61,029 nt of DNA, filler included, from Dugesia japonica (GCA_001938525.1; 6 parts of 6 records of this genome joined end to end with filler, not necessarily neighbours in it), one strand, 5' to 3'. Shown: positions 1 to 13,229, numbered from the whole stretch's first letter. Notes: a model not told the origin generated them from the sequence alone. Numbers and translations are program-made.

Positions 1-1027
1 TTTATTGTATGTATTTAATTGTATGTATAGGGTTTATTATATGTTTTAACTAGTTCAATTGAGTTGTTTGTGTGAATATAATGTCATTATTAGGTTTATT
101 GTATGTATCGTATGACTATATTGTGTGTGTTTTACTTTATAGGAATTATCGCATGTATTTAAGTGACTTTATTGTTTGTATAATTTTTATTTTTTTTATC
201 TCTCTAAGAAAACAACGTTTCTTAGGTGAAGATTGTTTACATATCGTTTTTTTATCGATTCTTCCGTTCTACTCTAAAGTGACATATATCAAGTGCTATT
301 TTTATGAATTCGTGAGAGACATCTGCATATCTAATCTCGTTCACAGTTTTCATATAACTAAGCCATTTTTAAGAAACCTTTATTTAAGAAGCTTTATTTG
401 GTTCTGACTTTACCAATTCTACTGTGATATCCAGCATCTTGTGGTTCTTTAATTCTTTAAAAATCTTCAGCCGTTAACGAACGATATGTTGGGACAATTT
501 GTGAGGCTTTACCGTGATCGTATTACTGAAAACTGACTTTAACTAACGATATACCGGATTAGAATCCATAATTATGCAAAGTATCTTGAATCCTTATCAG
601 ATTCACAGTATATAATGCTGAGTTTACTCACTGAGATTGATGTAACTTGAATTTTATTCTTTTAGTAAAAAGACTAAGAGATGTTTTGAAGACCTAGCAG
701 AATTCATTCAATAGTGTGAAACTGATAATGAGGCATTCTTTCACAACGTAGAAAAACTGGCGGATAAACTGCTTAGCCATAATCTGTCAAAGGACTCGTT
801 AATAGCAGCACTCCTGATAAACCCAACGGCAAAAAAGAAAGCTAAGAAAGTGTGATATATTTAAATTATGATAATATTTAAATATATCTATATTCAAATT
901 ATTGAATATTTAAAATTTAATATTCAAAATATTAAAATGAAGTTAATTTGTTTTAATATTGCTATTTTATGACATTTAATTTTAACTTGTTAAATATCTT
1001 ATTATTTAATATTTAGATTTATTTAAC

Positions 1028-1969
1028 ATGGCGTCAAATGAGCAGAAAAGTTTCCTGTAGAAATTTTAGTTCAAAGAAAAGGAAGCTAAGTTGTTCAATT
1101 TCAGAAAGAACAATGAAAGTTCAGCCAATATTCGAGAACATTAAAAAAACATCTAGGAATTTATAAATTTATTCGATGCTTGTAGCATCACCACAGAAGA
1201 GAGAATTACTATATTTAACAAATATTTTGACGACAACTTGATGAAGGAAATAAAATGTGATCCAAGCTTTGAGAGTACGAAGGTAGATATCGGTTATTTG
1301 GAAAAACATCTTATCAATTTACTGGATGTTAAACCATCAAAAATTAACCAAGCTATGCCGATACTTGAATTAATGCAGTATCGAGGAGAAAAAATAACGG
1401 ATTTTGCTAAGCTTATTTGCATGGAGAGTAGTGTTTTATCTGACCAAAATCATTGGAAGAGGCAGTGGAAAGTATAAAAGATGAAAAGATGAATACGAAA
1501 CGAATGAAAATNTATTATGTAATATGCGCCAAGAGAATGAAACTATAAAAAATTTGAAAACTGAAACAGAAAAGCTAAAGAATGAAATTGCCAAACTAAA
1601 GAGGCACAATTACAAATCTCGTGCACCACATATGTTTAATAAAAATAGGAATAATAATGCACAAAGTTCTGTAAAAATCCAAAAATGGATAACTGCGGGT
1701 AGACAAGAAACAAAAATATGCTTTACATGTGATAAAAAGGCCATATAGCTAGAAATTGCAATATCAAAAAATGTTTCATGTGTGGAGGCGACCATCTTAA
1801 AAGAAACTGCAAAAAAACAAGCAATCTAAAATACTATTATGAAGAACAAGAGCAAACAGAATCCGTAATCCATGAGGAACCAGAAGAAGAAGATTATAGC
1901 GATCAAGTGAATACGATAAGTGAAAATAAACCATCTTGGAAGATCCAAAAATCTACTGAACTAATTTAA
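1028..1969 (+). pseudogene. gag: gag-like pseudogene with two CCHC zinc knuckles
   Basis: ORF fragments 1238-1477, 1524-1748 and 1778-1969 with CCHC motifs. Confidence 0.75.
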
Positions 1970-2048
1970 CTTTTAAACCGTCACTTATCGAAGGAAATGA
2001 GCACGGCCAAGACAAACACTTTAAAAATATGAACCAACACTAATATCA

Positions 2049-2472
2049 GTGTCAAGGCCAGAAAAAGAAAGAAATAAACCAATTGTTGAATGTCAGGTTG
2101 CTGTGATACCAGTAAAAACTATGTTTGACACGGACGCTGATTCGAATGTTATAAGCAAGGAATTAGCCGAGGGTATCTGTAAAAAGAACCCTGCTGTAAG
2201 AAGTTTTAAATCTATGACAAAAGTAACATGCGAAAATGGTACAACAGAAGAATGTTTGGGGAAGATACAATTAAATATGTCAATTAGACCTGTAATGACA
2301 GCACACGTGTTTTGATATTATGCCGAATATGTTTCCACATCTATATATTGGATTAAGAAGCATGAAAAAATACGAAATAATGGTGGATGCTGCAAATGAT
2401 GGAATAACAATACAGAATGCTAGGATTCCATTTATTTCAAAAACCGTTCTACCTGAGTCAATAAAAAACTAA
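2049..2472 (+). pseudogene. Retropepsin aspartic protease pseudogene
   Basis: KPIVECQV..MFDTDADSNVIS (degenerate DTG), then LYIGLR; ends at A-AAA-AAC-TAA. Confidence 0.8.
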
Positions 2473-2983
2473 CACCGACCGTGTTAATGAGTTGTAATAG
2501 GGGATTCGGAAAAACAGAGACTCATGAGATTTATAATGATAATCAATGTTATAGAATTGCAGTATCTAAAAACCTAGATATAAGTGGAATTGGTGAGGCA
2601 TGATAATGGACCACTCAGATCAGAAAATTACTTATGATACGAGTAAAGAGTGGATTTTCACTGGAGATAAAGATAAAATGGCCGTGCGTAAACTTTTAGT
2701 AACATGAAATTACAATCGATAATAATGGATACATGTGGGTAAGAATATATATGTTAGAAGACGGATGTAAAACTTTACACCGAAACTACACTTGGATATG
2801 TAGAAGAGCTTAATCAAAATGAAGAAGTGTTTGAAAAAGTATTACCCTGACAATTGTCCTCTGAAAAACAAAGAACAGAGGAAGAAATAACAGACAATAT
2901 ACTGCAGAAAATTAAAAATGATATGGATGTTGCAAACAATTATTACGATGTAGTCGAATAAAGATATATTTAGTCGATATAAG

Positions 2984-3960
2984 ATGGATGTGGGTAAAAC
3001 TGATATGATTGAACATAAAATAGAAACAACCGATAGCAGACCAATTGCTTTCAAGCTACGAAGAATACCAAAAGGACTTGAAGAAGAAGTAGAACATATG
3101 GTAAAATATCTGATGGATGTTGGTGCTATAAAGCCGAGTACTTCTCCATGGAACTTTCCAATTATAGGAGTAAAAAAGAAAAACGGTGATAACCGTATGT
3201 GTATTGACTACAGAGAATTGAATGCTAAAAAAATCGACCAATATTTCCAATACCATCATCAGAGGAAATATTTGACAGTATTGCTGGAGCTAACTATTTT
3301 TCAACTCTAGATCTTTCGAGTGGATATCACGAAGTGCCGATAGCTAAAAAGATCAGGGAAAAACAGCATTCAGCACAAAGTTTGGACAATACAAATTTAC
3401 CAAAATGCCATTTGGATTATGCTCAGCACCAGCGACATTTCAGAGGCTTAAGAATATTGTGTTGCAAAATCAAAATTGGAAAAAGTGCGTAATATATTTA
3501 ATAATAAGTTAATATGTATAGAAAGCTGCAAGTAATCATTCAGAGATATGAAAGAGACATTAACAAAGCCACCAATTTTGACTTATCCAGATGTAAGGAG
3601 AAAATTCATACTGGATACAGATGCAAGCTACAACACAATTGGTGCCGTGTTAACACAAATGTACAACAATGGACAAGAAAGGATAATAATCTATGGATTA
3701 CACGCCATGAATAACTACGAATTGGGATATTGTGTAACAAGAAAGGAACTGCTGTAGATATTTGATTTTTGCAACCACGCCAGTGACTATTTATATGACT
3801 GGAAATTCTTTCTACGAACAGACAATAAGGGTTACGTTTATGCTAACTATGAAAATACCTATAATGACAGTTCCAAAATTGGATCAACTACCTTAGTTGA
3901 TCAGACATCAATTTACAGTACAAAAGACTTTCTCTCAAGACAGGCATGTAGCACATATAT
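2984..3960 (+). pseudogene. pol: Reverse transcriptase/RNase H pseudogene with internal deletion removing YxDD and thumb
   Basis: RT reads ...NWKKCVIYL then jumps near 3500-3530 to the RNase H linker ETLTKPPILTYPD. Confidence 0.88.
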
Positions 3961-5284
3961 AGTGTATAATGACACACGAAGATCCTAAAGGGGGTAAATT
4001 AAAAACGAGACGTTTGAATATAATAACGGAGGGAAATGGCAAAGAGATAATGAAGAGATATGTGAGGGTTAATGCGAATCCCGTCCCCAGCCTTACTGTA
4101 TTGTATCAATATACTAGGTATAAACATGACTAAAAATACAATTAACGATTGAAAAAAATTAATTATATTAATATTAATTAATTATATAGTGAGTCATAGA
4201 AACATTAGGAAAAAATACTAAAAATAGAACTAAAATATACTAAATTACTAAAAATAAATAAATTTAAAAATTAATTACTAAAAATACTAATTTTAAAATA
4301 ATAATTTTAAAAAGACAAATACCAAAAATAATGTTTAATTTCAAAATAAGTAATTTATTTTACTGGCCAATCTATTTCTGGTAATTTATTTGATTTGCCA
4401 GTATTAAATTAAAATAAGCAGTTACACATATTTAGAAGAACGAAAATTTGATTATCGATTGATTAGAATTTAATTTAATTAGTGCATTATTTATTTGGAA
4501 TTTTCGCATTTCAGAATCAGCAATTAGGTAAATTTTATTATTATAAAATCAAAGCTATTAATAAGATTATATTCCAATTTATAAAGTTAATATTAAGGAT
4601 TTAAATTATTTGACTTAAATCGAAAAACAATAAAGCTTTTAAACTTAAAAACTTAACAAAACTTAAAACTATAAAAACTTATAATCTGGGCTGTGACTTG
4701 AAAATAATAATAAATATTCTTCCCATAAATCCATCGTTTTTCTAAAGGTGTTGATCCTAAATGGTGACGGACAACGCTTGTTTATTGTTGGAAAATTTCA
4801 TCTTGAATACTCTGTTCTTTATAAGGCACTGCCAAGTAAAAGGCGCGTAAAATTTTCATTAAAATACTATCAAGTTTTATTGGTGTCAATAAAATAAATT
4901 GTATTGTCATTGATAATAAAGTTTTTAAAGTTATTGTGTTTGTTTTCAAATTTACTTGTTATTTATTTATATTGTCTAAAGTTAAAGAATTTATAGTTGA
5001 ACGTAAACGACACAGATCGAAATAAATCATTGTCTTACTAAACTCTCAGAATTTTCCGCAACCGGAAATTAGCTGCTTTTTGTCTCGTCAGATTGAGCAC
5101 ATATTGTAAGGACATTTAAATTAAAATTCATGATACCTAAATATTTAATCGTTTTTTGAACCTCACAGATACGAATATTACGAGAACAAATCAAAGATGA
5201 CTGTTGGGGTACCATCTGAGTTTGGTGTAAAAAAATATGGCTGGTGGAAAAGGCAGCCCTCAGAAGACCCCTCAAAGAATCTAC

Positions 5285-7170
5285 CTAAAGTCCTTTTTTA
5301 GGTCTTCAGTGTAGAGTGATTGACTCCCATCACTTACTTGGAGTTCACACTCGTACACCTTTCGTTCGGGTTCAATGTTTCCCCGATTCACTTAAACTAT
5401 TTAAAATATTAACAATAGATTAAGGAAAAGAATTATTTTATACAAATAAGTTTAATTTCACATGTAGTTTAACGCCCCAGGGTCAAGCCACTGGGCTGAC
5501 TCGTCATTCGACAAGTCAAATGCGGCCTTGTCGTCATCGCTGTTCCACCGTGTCCACGTTTTTAGCTCTAAACAAGTGGACAGGTCGGTAATGTACCGTT
5601 TTAAAAAGGCAATTTTGTTGGTGAGAATCTGCTTGACTTGTTTGCCTAGCTCGTCCTGTTTTTTATTCACAATTTCTAACTTTATTATTAGTCGGTTGCC
5701 CTGGGTTAGGTGCTTCAGTAAGGATCGTTTGCATCGTTTAGAAAAGAGTCTCTCTACTTTTAGTTTCTGGATTATTTTGGGAAATCTACGGAGGCTATTT
5801 AATAGTCGTATTCTAGGCACTAAAAATAAAGAAAAAGTTATTATTTTCAATAGACACCGATGTTTTTATAATTAAGAAAAGTTGAACACCGAAATCAAAG
5901 TTCGTGAAAAGGACAATACTTATTCATAAATTTATTTTCCGCACAACATTTACAATGTCAATTTCGGTTCGGAGTAGTTTGTGTTGATTTATCAATGAGT
6001 AAATACTCTAAGGGTATTTTCTTACGAAGACTTAGGATATTCGCTACCAGTTTGTTTTCTCTTGCATGAAGTGCGGTTATCATCTCAGCGAGGTTCTCTA
6101 ATTGTTTTTTCCACATTCTCTCTTGTGAATGGGAGTCCTCGGCTTCACGCCGGTAATTTCGACATGTAGATTTATAGGGTTTAACCTTATCATTAGCAGT
6201 AGCAGTGTCGGCCTCCTACTTTCTTTTAGATAGACGATATAGGTCCCAAGACATTTCTATGTCCTCACTATCTTCACGGATTTTCTTGGTGAGGGCAATA
6301 GAACGACTTCGAGCACCACTCACTAAAAGGAGAGACTAATTAACATTTGTTTAAAGAGAATCGAATTATGATAAGATTACACATTATTAATCTAGAAACA
6401 TATCTAATCTGGAGATTATTTATCAAAAAACTAAATTTAGTGAGATAACAGAGTCAGATTCAAGAAAAAACAAAGTTAACATAAATACTATTATATTGTT
6501 AAACAAATATTGCTGCACCCTCAATTTTCGGAGCCTCTCAATCTCCACAACATGTCGTCGATGAACTCTCCAACTCAGAAGTAGTGGGTGAGTGAACAAG
6601 AGGATTAGGAATCAAAGACGTTTCGATCTTCAATTCTCTTGTCGTGTGGCGCACACTTTTCTCATCCACTTTGGAAACTGTCGTGGTGAAGTATGACATC
6701 CGAATACGATTGGGACCTTTCCAGTTTCGGTAGGGCTAACGTTCTGTGGCGCCCCAATGACGTTCATTAGCTGCAGCTTCTGAGGAAAGATTCGAATGAT
6801 CAACTAAAAACCCAGCTGATTTGTTGAAGGGAGTGGTGTATTGCTTGCTGGTAGCTCTATCAAGAACTAATTCCCACTTGTGATCCACTAGTTAAACCAA
6901 ATTTAGAAAAAATAAGATAAAATTCGAAGGCATAGTTATTAATAATAAAGTTTTCAAGATTTTGTTAACACCAATGATTATTTATTCACATAGTAAAAGA
7001 CAGATAAATGTAGTATTTATAAATCATGATCCAAGTCAACTTCATGCTGCAATGAAAACATATCTTCAAAGCATCGCATATCTGCTTCATCAGGTGATAG
7101 AACCTGATCTGGTGCCCAAATGTGACCTATTATCTGTCTTCGGGATCTTTTCCTCTCTTGACGGATAATT
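5285..7170 (-). pseudogene. Unidentified multi-exon-like coding relic (coiled-coil rich)
   Basis: GC-richer blocks (about 6500-6888, 6010-6336, 5470-5819, 5285-5397), each preceded on the minus strand by T-rich...AG. Long frames with only 1-2 stops (VDHKWELVLDRATSKQY..., KKQLENLAEMITALHARENKLVANILSLRKK, ORF 5458-5850). Confidence 0.45.
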
Positions 7171-8039
7171 CTTAAAGTTATCTTCAAAATATTAGGCATA
7201 ATTTTTAGGCAGAATATGACCTAAAGTTGATAAATTCTTAATTTTAGAATATTAATGTTAATAATTTTAATTGTGGTCATAGTCCAGGCCTTATACAAAA
7301 TACAAAACATAGGGCATGCGGAAACCCAACATAATAATCATGGGGTTTAATTACAATTTTATATAGTGATTATGATTAAACCTAATTAGTAGTAAACGCA
7401 ACTAAGGAGAATATTAATAAGGAGACTAAAGAAACAAAAATTAAATTTTAATGATAATAATAATGGTAAACCTATTAATTAATAATATCAACGAGATTAA
7501 TAGTAATAATAACGATGCTAATAATAATAATAAGATTAATAATAATACTATGCCTATATTAGAATTGTTTATAATAAGGTTAATAATAATTATGTAATCC
7601 GTATTTAGTAATAAGAAATAGAATTATCCGAATGATTATAATAACATGAACAGACATAATGATTGACATAATAATATCCACAGTCTTAATGATAAAAATG
7701 GACAAAATATTAACCCTAAAATTACATGGCATAATGCATATAACTCCAACTATTACTAATAATAGCGTGAATCGTGTATGTGTCCTTTATACCTACAACA
7801 CTTTTATTATGACTAATAGAGACATCACGCATATGAGAAAAAGTGTTTGCCTCGGTTGCAACTCTACCTCATCTTACTGTTATTCTGAATACATCTGTTT
7901 CTGACAAAGAATTCACTATCATCCCTTATAGCAGGTAGATAGTGGCACACGGGCACAATTTGGCAATGAGCCAAATTATTTTAAAGCAGTTATGTAATAG
8001 GGTTGCAACACGTTCCTAGAAAATTTATAAATTAGAAAT

Positions 8040-8670
8040 AATATAAACCTCATAAACCTTAAATTATACAACTGCTATGTAATTAATTCAAGTTAACTAT
8101 GCATTCCAAACTTTATAATACANNNNNNNNNNNNNNNNNNNNNNNNNNNNNNNNNNNNNNNNNNNNNNNNNNNNNNNNNNNNNNNNNNNNNNNNNNNNNN
8201 NNNNNNNNNNNNNNNNNNNNNNNNNNNNNNNNNNNNNNNNNNNNNNNNNNNNNNNNNNNNNNNNNNNNNNNNNNNNNNNNNNNNNNNNNNNNNNNNAAAC
8301 CTTAAATTTTATGGTTGTTATGTAAATAATACAAGGTTGCTATGCAAATATTACACTCATAAACCTTATATTTTATGGTTGCTATGTAAAAATTACAAGG
8401 TTGCTATGCAAATAATATACTCATAAACATTATAATACATGGTTACTTTGTAATAATACACTCATAATCCTTATAATGCATGGTTGCTATGTAAATAATA
8501 CAAGGTAGCTATGCACATAATATACTCATAAAACTTATATTTTATGTTTGCTATGTAATACAAGGTAACGATGCAAATAATGCAAGGTTACTATGTAATA
8601 ATACATTCATAATCCTTATAATACATGGTTGCTATGTAAATAGTATACTCATAAACCCTATAGATATCAA
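8040..8670 (+). repeat. Complex tandem array (CTCATAAACCTTATA / GGTTGCTATGTAAATAATACAAGG subunits)
   Basis: Repeated subunits visible directly; reverse-complement copy at about 32940-33950. Confidence 0.9.
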
Positions 8671-8770
8671 NNNNNNNNNNNNNNNNNNNNNNNNNNNNNN
8701 NNNNNNNNNNNNNNTTAATTAATTAANNNNNNNNNNNNNNNNNNNNNNNNNNNNNNNNNNNNNNNNNNNN
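8671..8770. other. Artificial contig linker N44-TTAATTAATTAA-N44 (core also at 17530, 27990, 40703, 52500)
   Basis: Identical six-frame-stop 12-mer embedded in N runs five times. Confidence 0.95.
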
Positions 8771-8880
8771 ATATACTAAATTCGTTACAAATATAGTTTT
8801 ATTGCACATAAATAATAATTACATAAACTCATCGATTACCAAATGTTTATTTAATTCAAAGTTAAAATTACCAAGAATTA

Positions 8881-9160
8881 TTAGATTGGCATGGAAGTAA
8901 TGTCTTATTTAAAACCAACATTTATTATTCAAATATTTAAACAAAGAAAATTTGTTAATCATAAAATAATTTCCATGATTTTCTATGACCTTTGACCACT
9001 CCTCAGGAAGCATCTCAATACCCTGTGATTTAAACTGTTAGATGAGTTTGAAGTATAGCAAAACTTGATTCCTTTGAAAATTTATTCACGCAAGAGAACT
9101 CAACATCATTATTTGTTTATTCAAACAAATTCATGAAACCCCTTGCTCTAGTTGGAAATT
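8881..9160 (-). mobile_element. Mariner transposon 3' remnant with TIR
   Basis: TA + TTAGATTGGCATGGAAGTAATGTCTTATTT is a mariner-type TIR. Minus-strand QGIEMLPEEWSKVIENHGNYF matches the mariner C-terminus GIxxLxxRWxKxIxxxGxY. Confidence 0.8.
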
Positions 9161-9479
9161 ATTTTCTAATAAATTTTAAATTTTATATTACATCTTTATT
9201 TAAACTAATTCGAAAATTTAAAGAAAATAATTATCTGCTATCAAAATCTCATTTTAAATTTTCAACAAACTTCAAAGCAAACAATCATTCGATTTTAAAA
9301 TACAATTTTTAATTTTCCGAATTTTAAAACAAAAAATTGTAGTTTCTGAAAATATACATAAAATTATGTATAAAAATTTTTTGAATTAATCTTTAACTAT
9401 ACATAATTGTTGTACCAAAACTTTAATTTAATTTACTTTAATGTATTTCAATTTTTAAATAAAAGATTTTAAAAATATA

Positions 9480-9897
9480 ATTGACTAACAATACCCACAA
9501 ATTACCAAAATTGACTAAATCCGAGGAACTATTGGACTGAATTCACCTAAAAATTACTCTTGTGAGCAAATAATTAACCATGTTCGTCCATACTGAGTAA
9601 TAAATTGACTAACATTACCCAAATCCAGTAAATAATTGACTGAATCGTCCAATAATGAACCAAGTTTACCTAGTTTACTAAGTTTACTGACCAATTCACC
9701 CAAAAATTACTCAGATCAACCATTCCTGACGAAAAATTTGATTGAATTCATCTAAAACCGACCAAGTTTGCCTAGATTCAAACTCACCAAGAAATTTTCA
9801 GCCTATTTCATCTAAACCACCCAAAAATTATCAATCCCGATGAAAATGCCACCCAGATAAATGCAACTGCTCCAGTGCTACACTATCTGCCTACTAT
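9480..9897. repeat. Degenerate short-period array (AAAATTGACT/ATTCACC-type units) ending in terminal motif CACTATCTGCCTACTAT
   Basis: Recurrent aattgact/ccaagttt/aaaaattac subunits; terminal motif at 9881-9897. Confidence 0.6.
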
Positions 9898-9917
9898 TAT
9901 ATTTACATAAAAATGTA

Positions 9918-10193
9918 TAGTAGATAGATACTTCAACACCGGAACAGTGCATTTAGTTGGTTTTTTAAAACAACCAAAAAAGGTTGAAGAACAAAAAATT
10001 GAAGAACAAAAAATTGAAGAACAGAAATTTGAAGAACAAAAAATTGGAGACACAAAAAATTTGAAGAACAAAAAATGAAGAACAAAAAATTGAAGAACAA
10101 AAAATTGAAGAACAAAACCTCCCACACCCCTGTTCTTCTTTTTTCGCCCAGACATATTTAACTGTACCAGTGAAAACGTATCTACCTACTACT
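9918..10193. mobile_element. Non-autonomous mini-element: imperfect ~30-bp TIRs enclosing a 15-bp GAAGAACAAAAAATT array
   Basis: Left TAGTAGATAGATACttcaaCACCGGAACAGT vs reverse complement of right end AGTAGTAGGTAGATACgttttCACTGGTACAGT; about 9 tandem units at 9985-10116. Confidence 0.7.
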
Positions 10194-10199
10194 TTTTTA

Positions 10200-11725
10200 T
10201 CTTCTCATCGTTTCTTTCGAGACTTTTTCAGTTTGGATCTTCCGAGATGTAATGTCTGTCGTGAACCTTTCTCTTGATTTCATAACGATCTTGGTTCTTG
10301 TTTCAACTTTCACTAAGACCTCATCACCGAACTCGAATTGTCTCTTAATCATGATCTTTGTGTACTCTTTAAGTATTTGTTTTAGTACTATTTTTCTCTG
10401 TTTATTCTCTTTTTAAATATGATTTCAGCAGGGCTTTTTACGATGGTTTTCTGTTTTGTAGAACTCAAGGTAAATTCTATATCCGGCAATTCATCCGTCC
10501 AATCTGAGGTCTTTCTTTCTTAAAGTGTCGCATAAATCATATCGCGGATAGTTTTAAACTGTCTCCCGATTTGTCCATTTGTGTTATGATGATATGAACT
10601 CAAAAGCCTTGGGGTAATTCCATGTTCAGTTGCAAAATCTTTCATTGATTTAGACTTGAATGCTTTTCCATAATAGACTTAGGGCACCTGACCTTTAATA
10701 TTCACTTCTCCAATATCGCTTTTCGTATGGTATCTTCATCTTGTCTTAAAATTACTATTAAAACTGCATACTTACTGCATGGATCTATTATACCGAGAAC
10801 AGATATTTTTCGACCTCTTGTTTTCGACAGTGGTTCACACACATAAATAAATAACAACTCAAAATTATTTGCTGACTGCGTCATTTTGTTCCTTCGTTTT
10901 TGATGACAACCCCTTAGCTTTCTGGTATGTTATTCAGCCTTGGTCCACCTCTTATACTTTGCTCTACAAGTCTTTTGCGATATAATTACACTTTATATAC
11001 GCTGCTAAATTTTCTACTCTAGCATGACATAATATGTGGTGTACCCATCTATATAATTTCTTCTATGTTATCATCAAATATCTACGTTTCTTCATCATTT
11101 TCTCCAAAATTGCATTTCAATTTTATATCTAAACTGCTCAAATATTAATCCAACTTTAAAACTGTCATGTAATCGGTTTCTTGGTGTTTAAAAAAAGTGA
11201 TGACTTTATAGTCTGTTCTAAAGATAAATATCTTTCCATATATGTAGTGTTTCAAGTGAATACAAAAATATTAAATTGCGATTATTTCTTTCCGCGTAAT
11301 ACATTATCCTTTCTCATTGCATGTGAGCATTGTTGTCTCTTTGAGATAGTTCTGCACCAATCGTGTCGAAACTCCCATCCGTGTCCAAAGTAAATTCTCA
11401 ATTTATATCTGGAAAACATATTATTAAAGACATCATTAGTGCTTCCTTCATTTTATTAAAACTTTCTTCTAATTCGTTTGCTCAATTAATCTTCTTGTTA
11501 CTTGGCCCACTACACAGTTGTTCCAGCAATCCAGCTTCCTTCGAAATATTTTTAATAAAATTTCCATAGTAATTACAAATTCTCAAAAAGCTTCTCATCG
11601 CCTTAACACATTTTTGTTTACCAAAGTTCATAATTTTTTCTAGTTTAGTTGGATTTGTTTAAAGACCTTCTTTACTGATAACTTGCCCTAAAACTTTGAT
11701 CTCCTTTTGCATGAATTGCCATTTT
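10200..11725 (-). mobile_element. pol: Degenerate Ty3/Gypsy pol (RT end-RNase H-integrase)
   Basis: Minus-strand FMQKEIKVLGQVIS, SFLRICNYYG, FNLDTDGSFDTIGAELSQ, FELLFIYVCEPL..GIIDPCSKYA, YHHNTNGQIGRQFKTIRD. Confidence 0.9.
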
Positions 11726-11916
11726 TCCCATGTAAATGGTTTTAATAATGCCGATATTAATTTTGAAGATTGTAAATCTCCGCCTTCGGCTTTGGCTGCG
11801 CTAAGGTCACCTCCTTTAATATTTATACATAAATCTAAATGTCTTTATTTATTTTTCTTTAAAATTATTTTACCACAATCTTCACAAACCAAACAGATCC
11901 CTTTAGGCTTGGTCAT
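11723..11916 (-). pseudogene. 5' part of a Polinton/adintovirus virion-protein gene with CxxC and GG motifs (likely PLA2-type), truncated by Gypsy fusion
   Basis: MTKPKGICLVCEDCGKIILKKNK*RHLDLCINIKGGDLSAAKAEGGDLQSSKLISALLKPFTWEK; IKGG|D fits the adenain site (M/I/L)xGG|x; starts ~10 nt after the MCP stop. Confidence 0.55.
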
Positions 11917-11925
11917 TTATTAAAG

Positions 11926-13229
11926 CTAAGTATCAAGTCCTCTTAAATTTTCTATCATAACAATTTTACTATTTGCCAATTTCATTTCTATATGTTTTTC
12001 TTCAAGTATGCACCTATGAATAATTGCTTTAAAATCTGGATCTTTTTTAATCTTAAGTGTAACATCAACATTATTAATATTCATTTTATCATCATGGGCA
12101 CTTGCATCAAATCAAAATATTGGATATAAATTACCAAAATCTAAAAGTGATAATTGTGCTTCTGTTAAAAGCTCATGACAATATTTTACATATTTTAAGT
12201 AAGGATAAATCATTTCATTATTTTCCAAATTAAATGCACATTCATTAATTGGGTAATTACTATTGTTCATTTGAATCTGTATACTTTTAATGTAATGACT
12301 TCTTGTAACTTTTTCTTTCTTTTCATTTTCAATAGTTTTACTACATTTTTTTATAAATAAATTATTATTCTTTTCATATGTAATTTCTATTTCTTTAAAA
12401 CAAATTAAAATATATCTAGGTTGATATGCTAAACTACCAATTTTTATTGAATAATATCCACCTTTATCTAAATTTGTTTTTCCTGTTATTCGATTTAAAT
12501 ATGAAACTTTTATTGGTTTGTTTGTTGCTATTCTTTCTAATAAAAATAGTTCTGTTTTTGGTAATAATTTATATTATGGAATATAAAATTTAAGGCTTCA
12601 TAATTTTAATGATGCTGTTGCATCTTTATCGCCATAAAATAATATTTTATCATCTATTTTGCAGTTACATACAAACTCTATCAGTGTGTTGTATAAAACT
12701 CTATTATAACTTTGCATGAATCCAAATAAGTTTCTCAATTGAAAATAACCTTCAAATTTCTTTGTGGCATATAATTTGTTTCTTTTATAATATCCCATGT
12801 TACAATCCCAACTTTTTACTTCAGTGTCACCTTTATTTATATCTGGTATTCAACCTGACATTTGACCATATTCTTTTTTCCATGTTTCTGTTGGAGTTAT
12901 TAAATTTCAAATAGTAGATATTACACCTGTATCATTTATTGATTCTACTTCTGACGAACCAATGGTTAATCTCACGCAATTAAATAAACTTGGAAAGAAA
13001 TTATTTTCCAGGGTATTTTATTTGTATCTGAAACTGTTATCTCAATTCTAAAGTATAACAGTGAATTGCAAATGTCAAGTGGGTTTGTTGATTGAAGCGA
13101 TTGAAATATAATATCACCACGTGCATTTAACTTATTTATTGTACCTGATGATGGTGAAATTATAAGTGTATCATTTTTTATTGCTGTATGTGAAAATTGA
13201 ATATTATTATCTAAATCTAACTTACTCAC
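11926..13229 (-). pseudogene. Double-jelly-roll major capsid protein (Polinton/adintovirus type), few lesions
   Basis: Joined frames give TLENNFFPSLFNCVRLTIGSSEVESI, FQLRNLFGFMQSYNRVLYN, QPRYILICFK, IKSIQIQMNNSNYP, NLYPIF*FDASAH. Frameshift near 13015 and a few stops; about 430 codons. Confidence 0.85.

Larger units (their letters stand above)
1028..4060 (+). mobile_element. Degenerate Ty3/Gypsy LTR retrotransposon internal region (gag-PR-RT-RNaseH), integrase absent
   Basis: Two zinc knuckles (CFTCDKK.HIARNC across a frameshift; CFMCGGDHLKRNC). Protease-like MFDTDADSNVIS; RT motifs SPWNFPI..VKKKNGDNRMCIDYRELN, FSTLDLSSGYH, KMPFGLCSAPATFQR; RNase H FILDTDASYNTIGAVL and YCVTRKELL. Many stops and frameshifts. 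Confidence 0.93.

Noticed and set aside
1024-1045. LTR end + primer-binding site (AACA-TGGCG)
   Set aside because: Equally explained as the gag ATG; no matching second LTR found
5528-5875. Plus-strand ORFs antisense to coding relics (also 55218-55449, 11181-11923, 59859-60582)
   Set aside because: Shadows of minus-strand coding sequence with no motifs of their own
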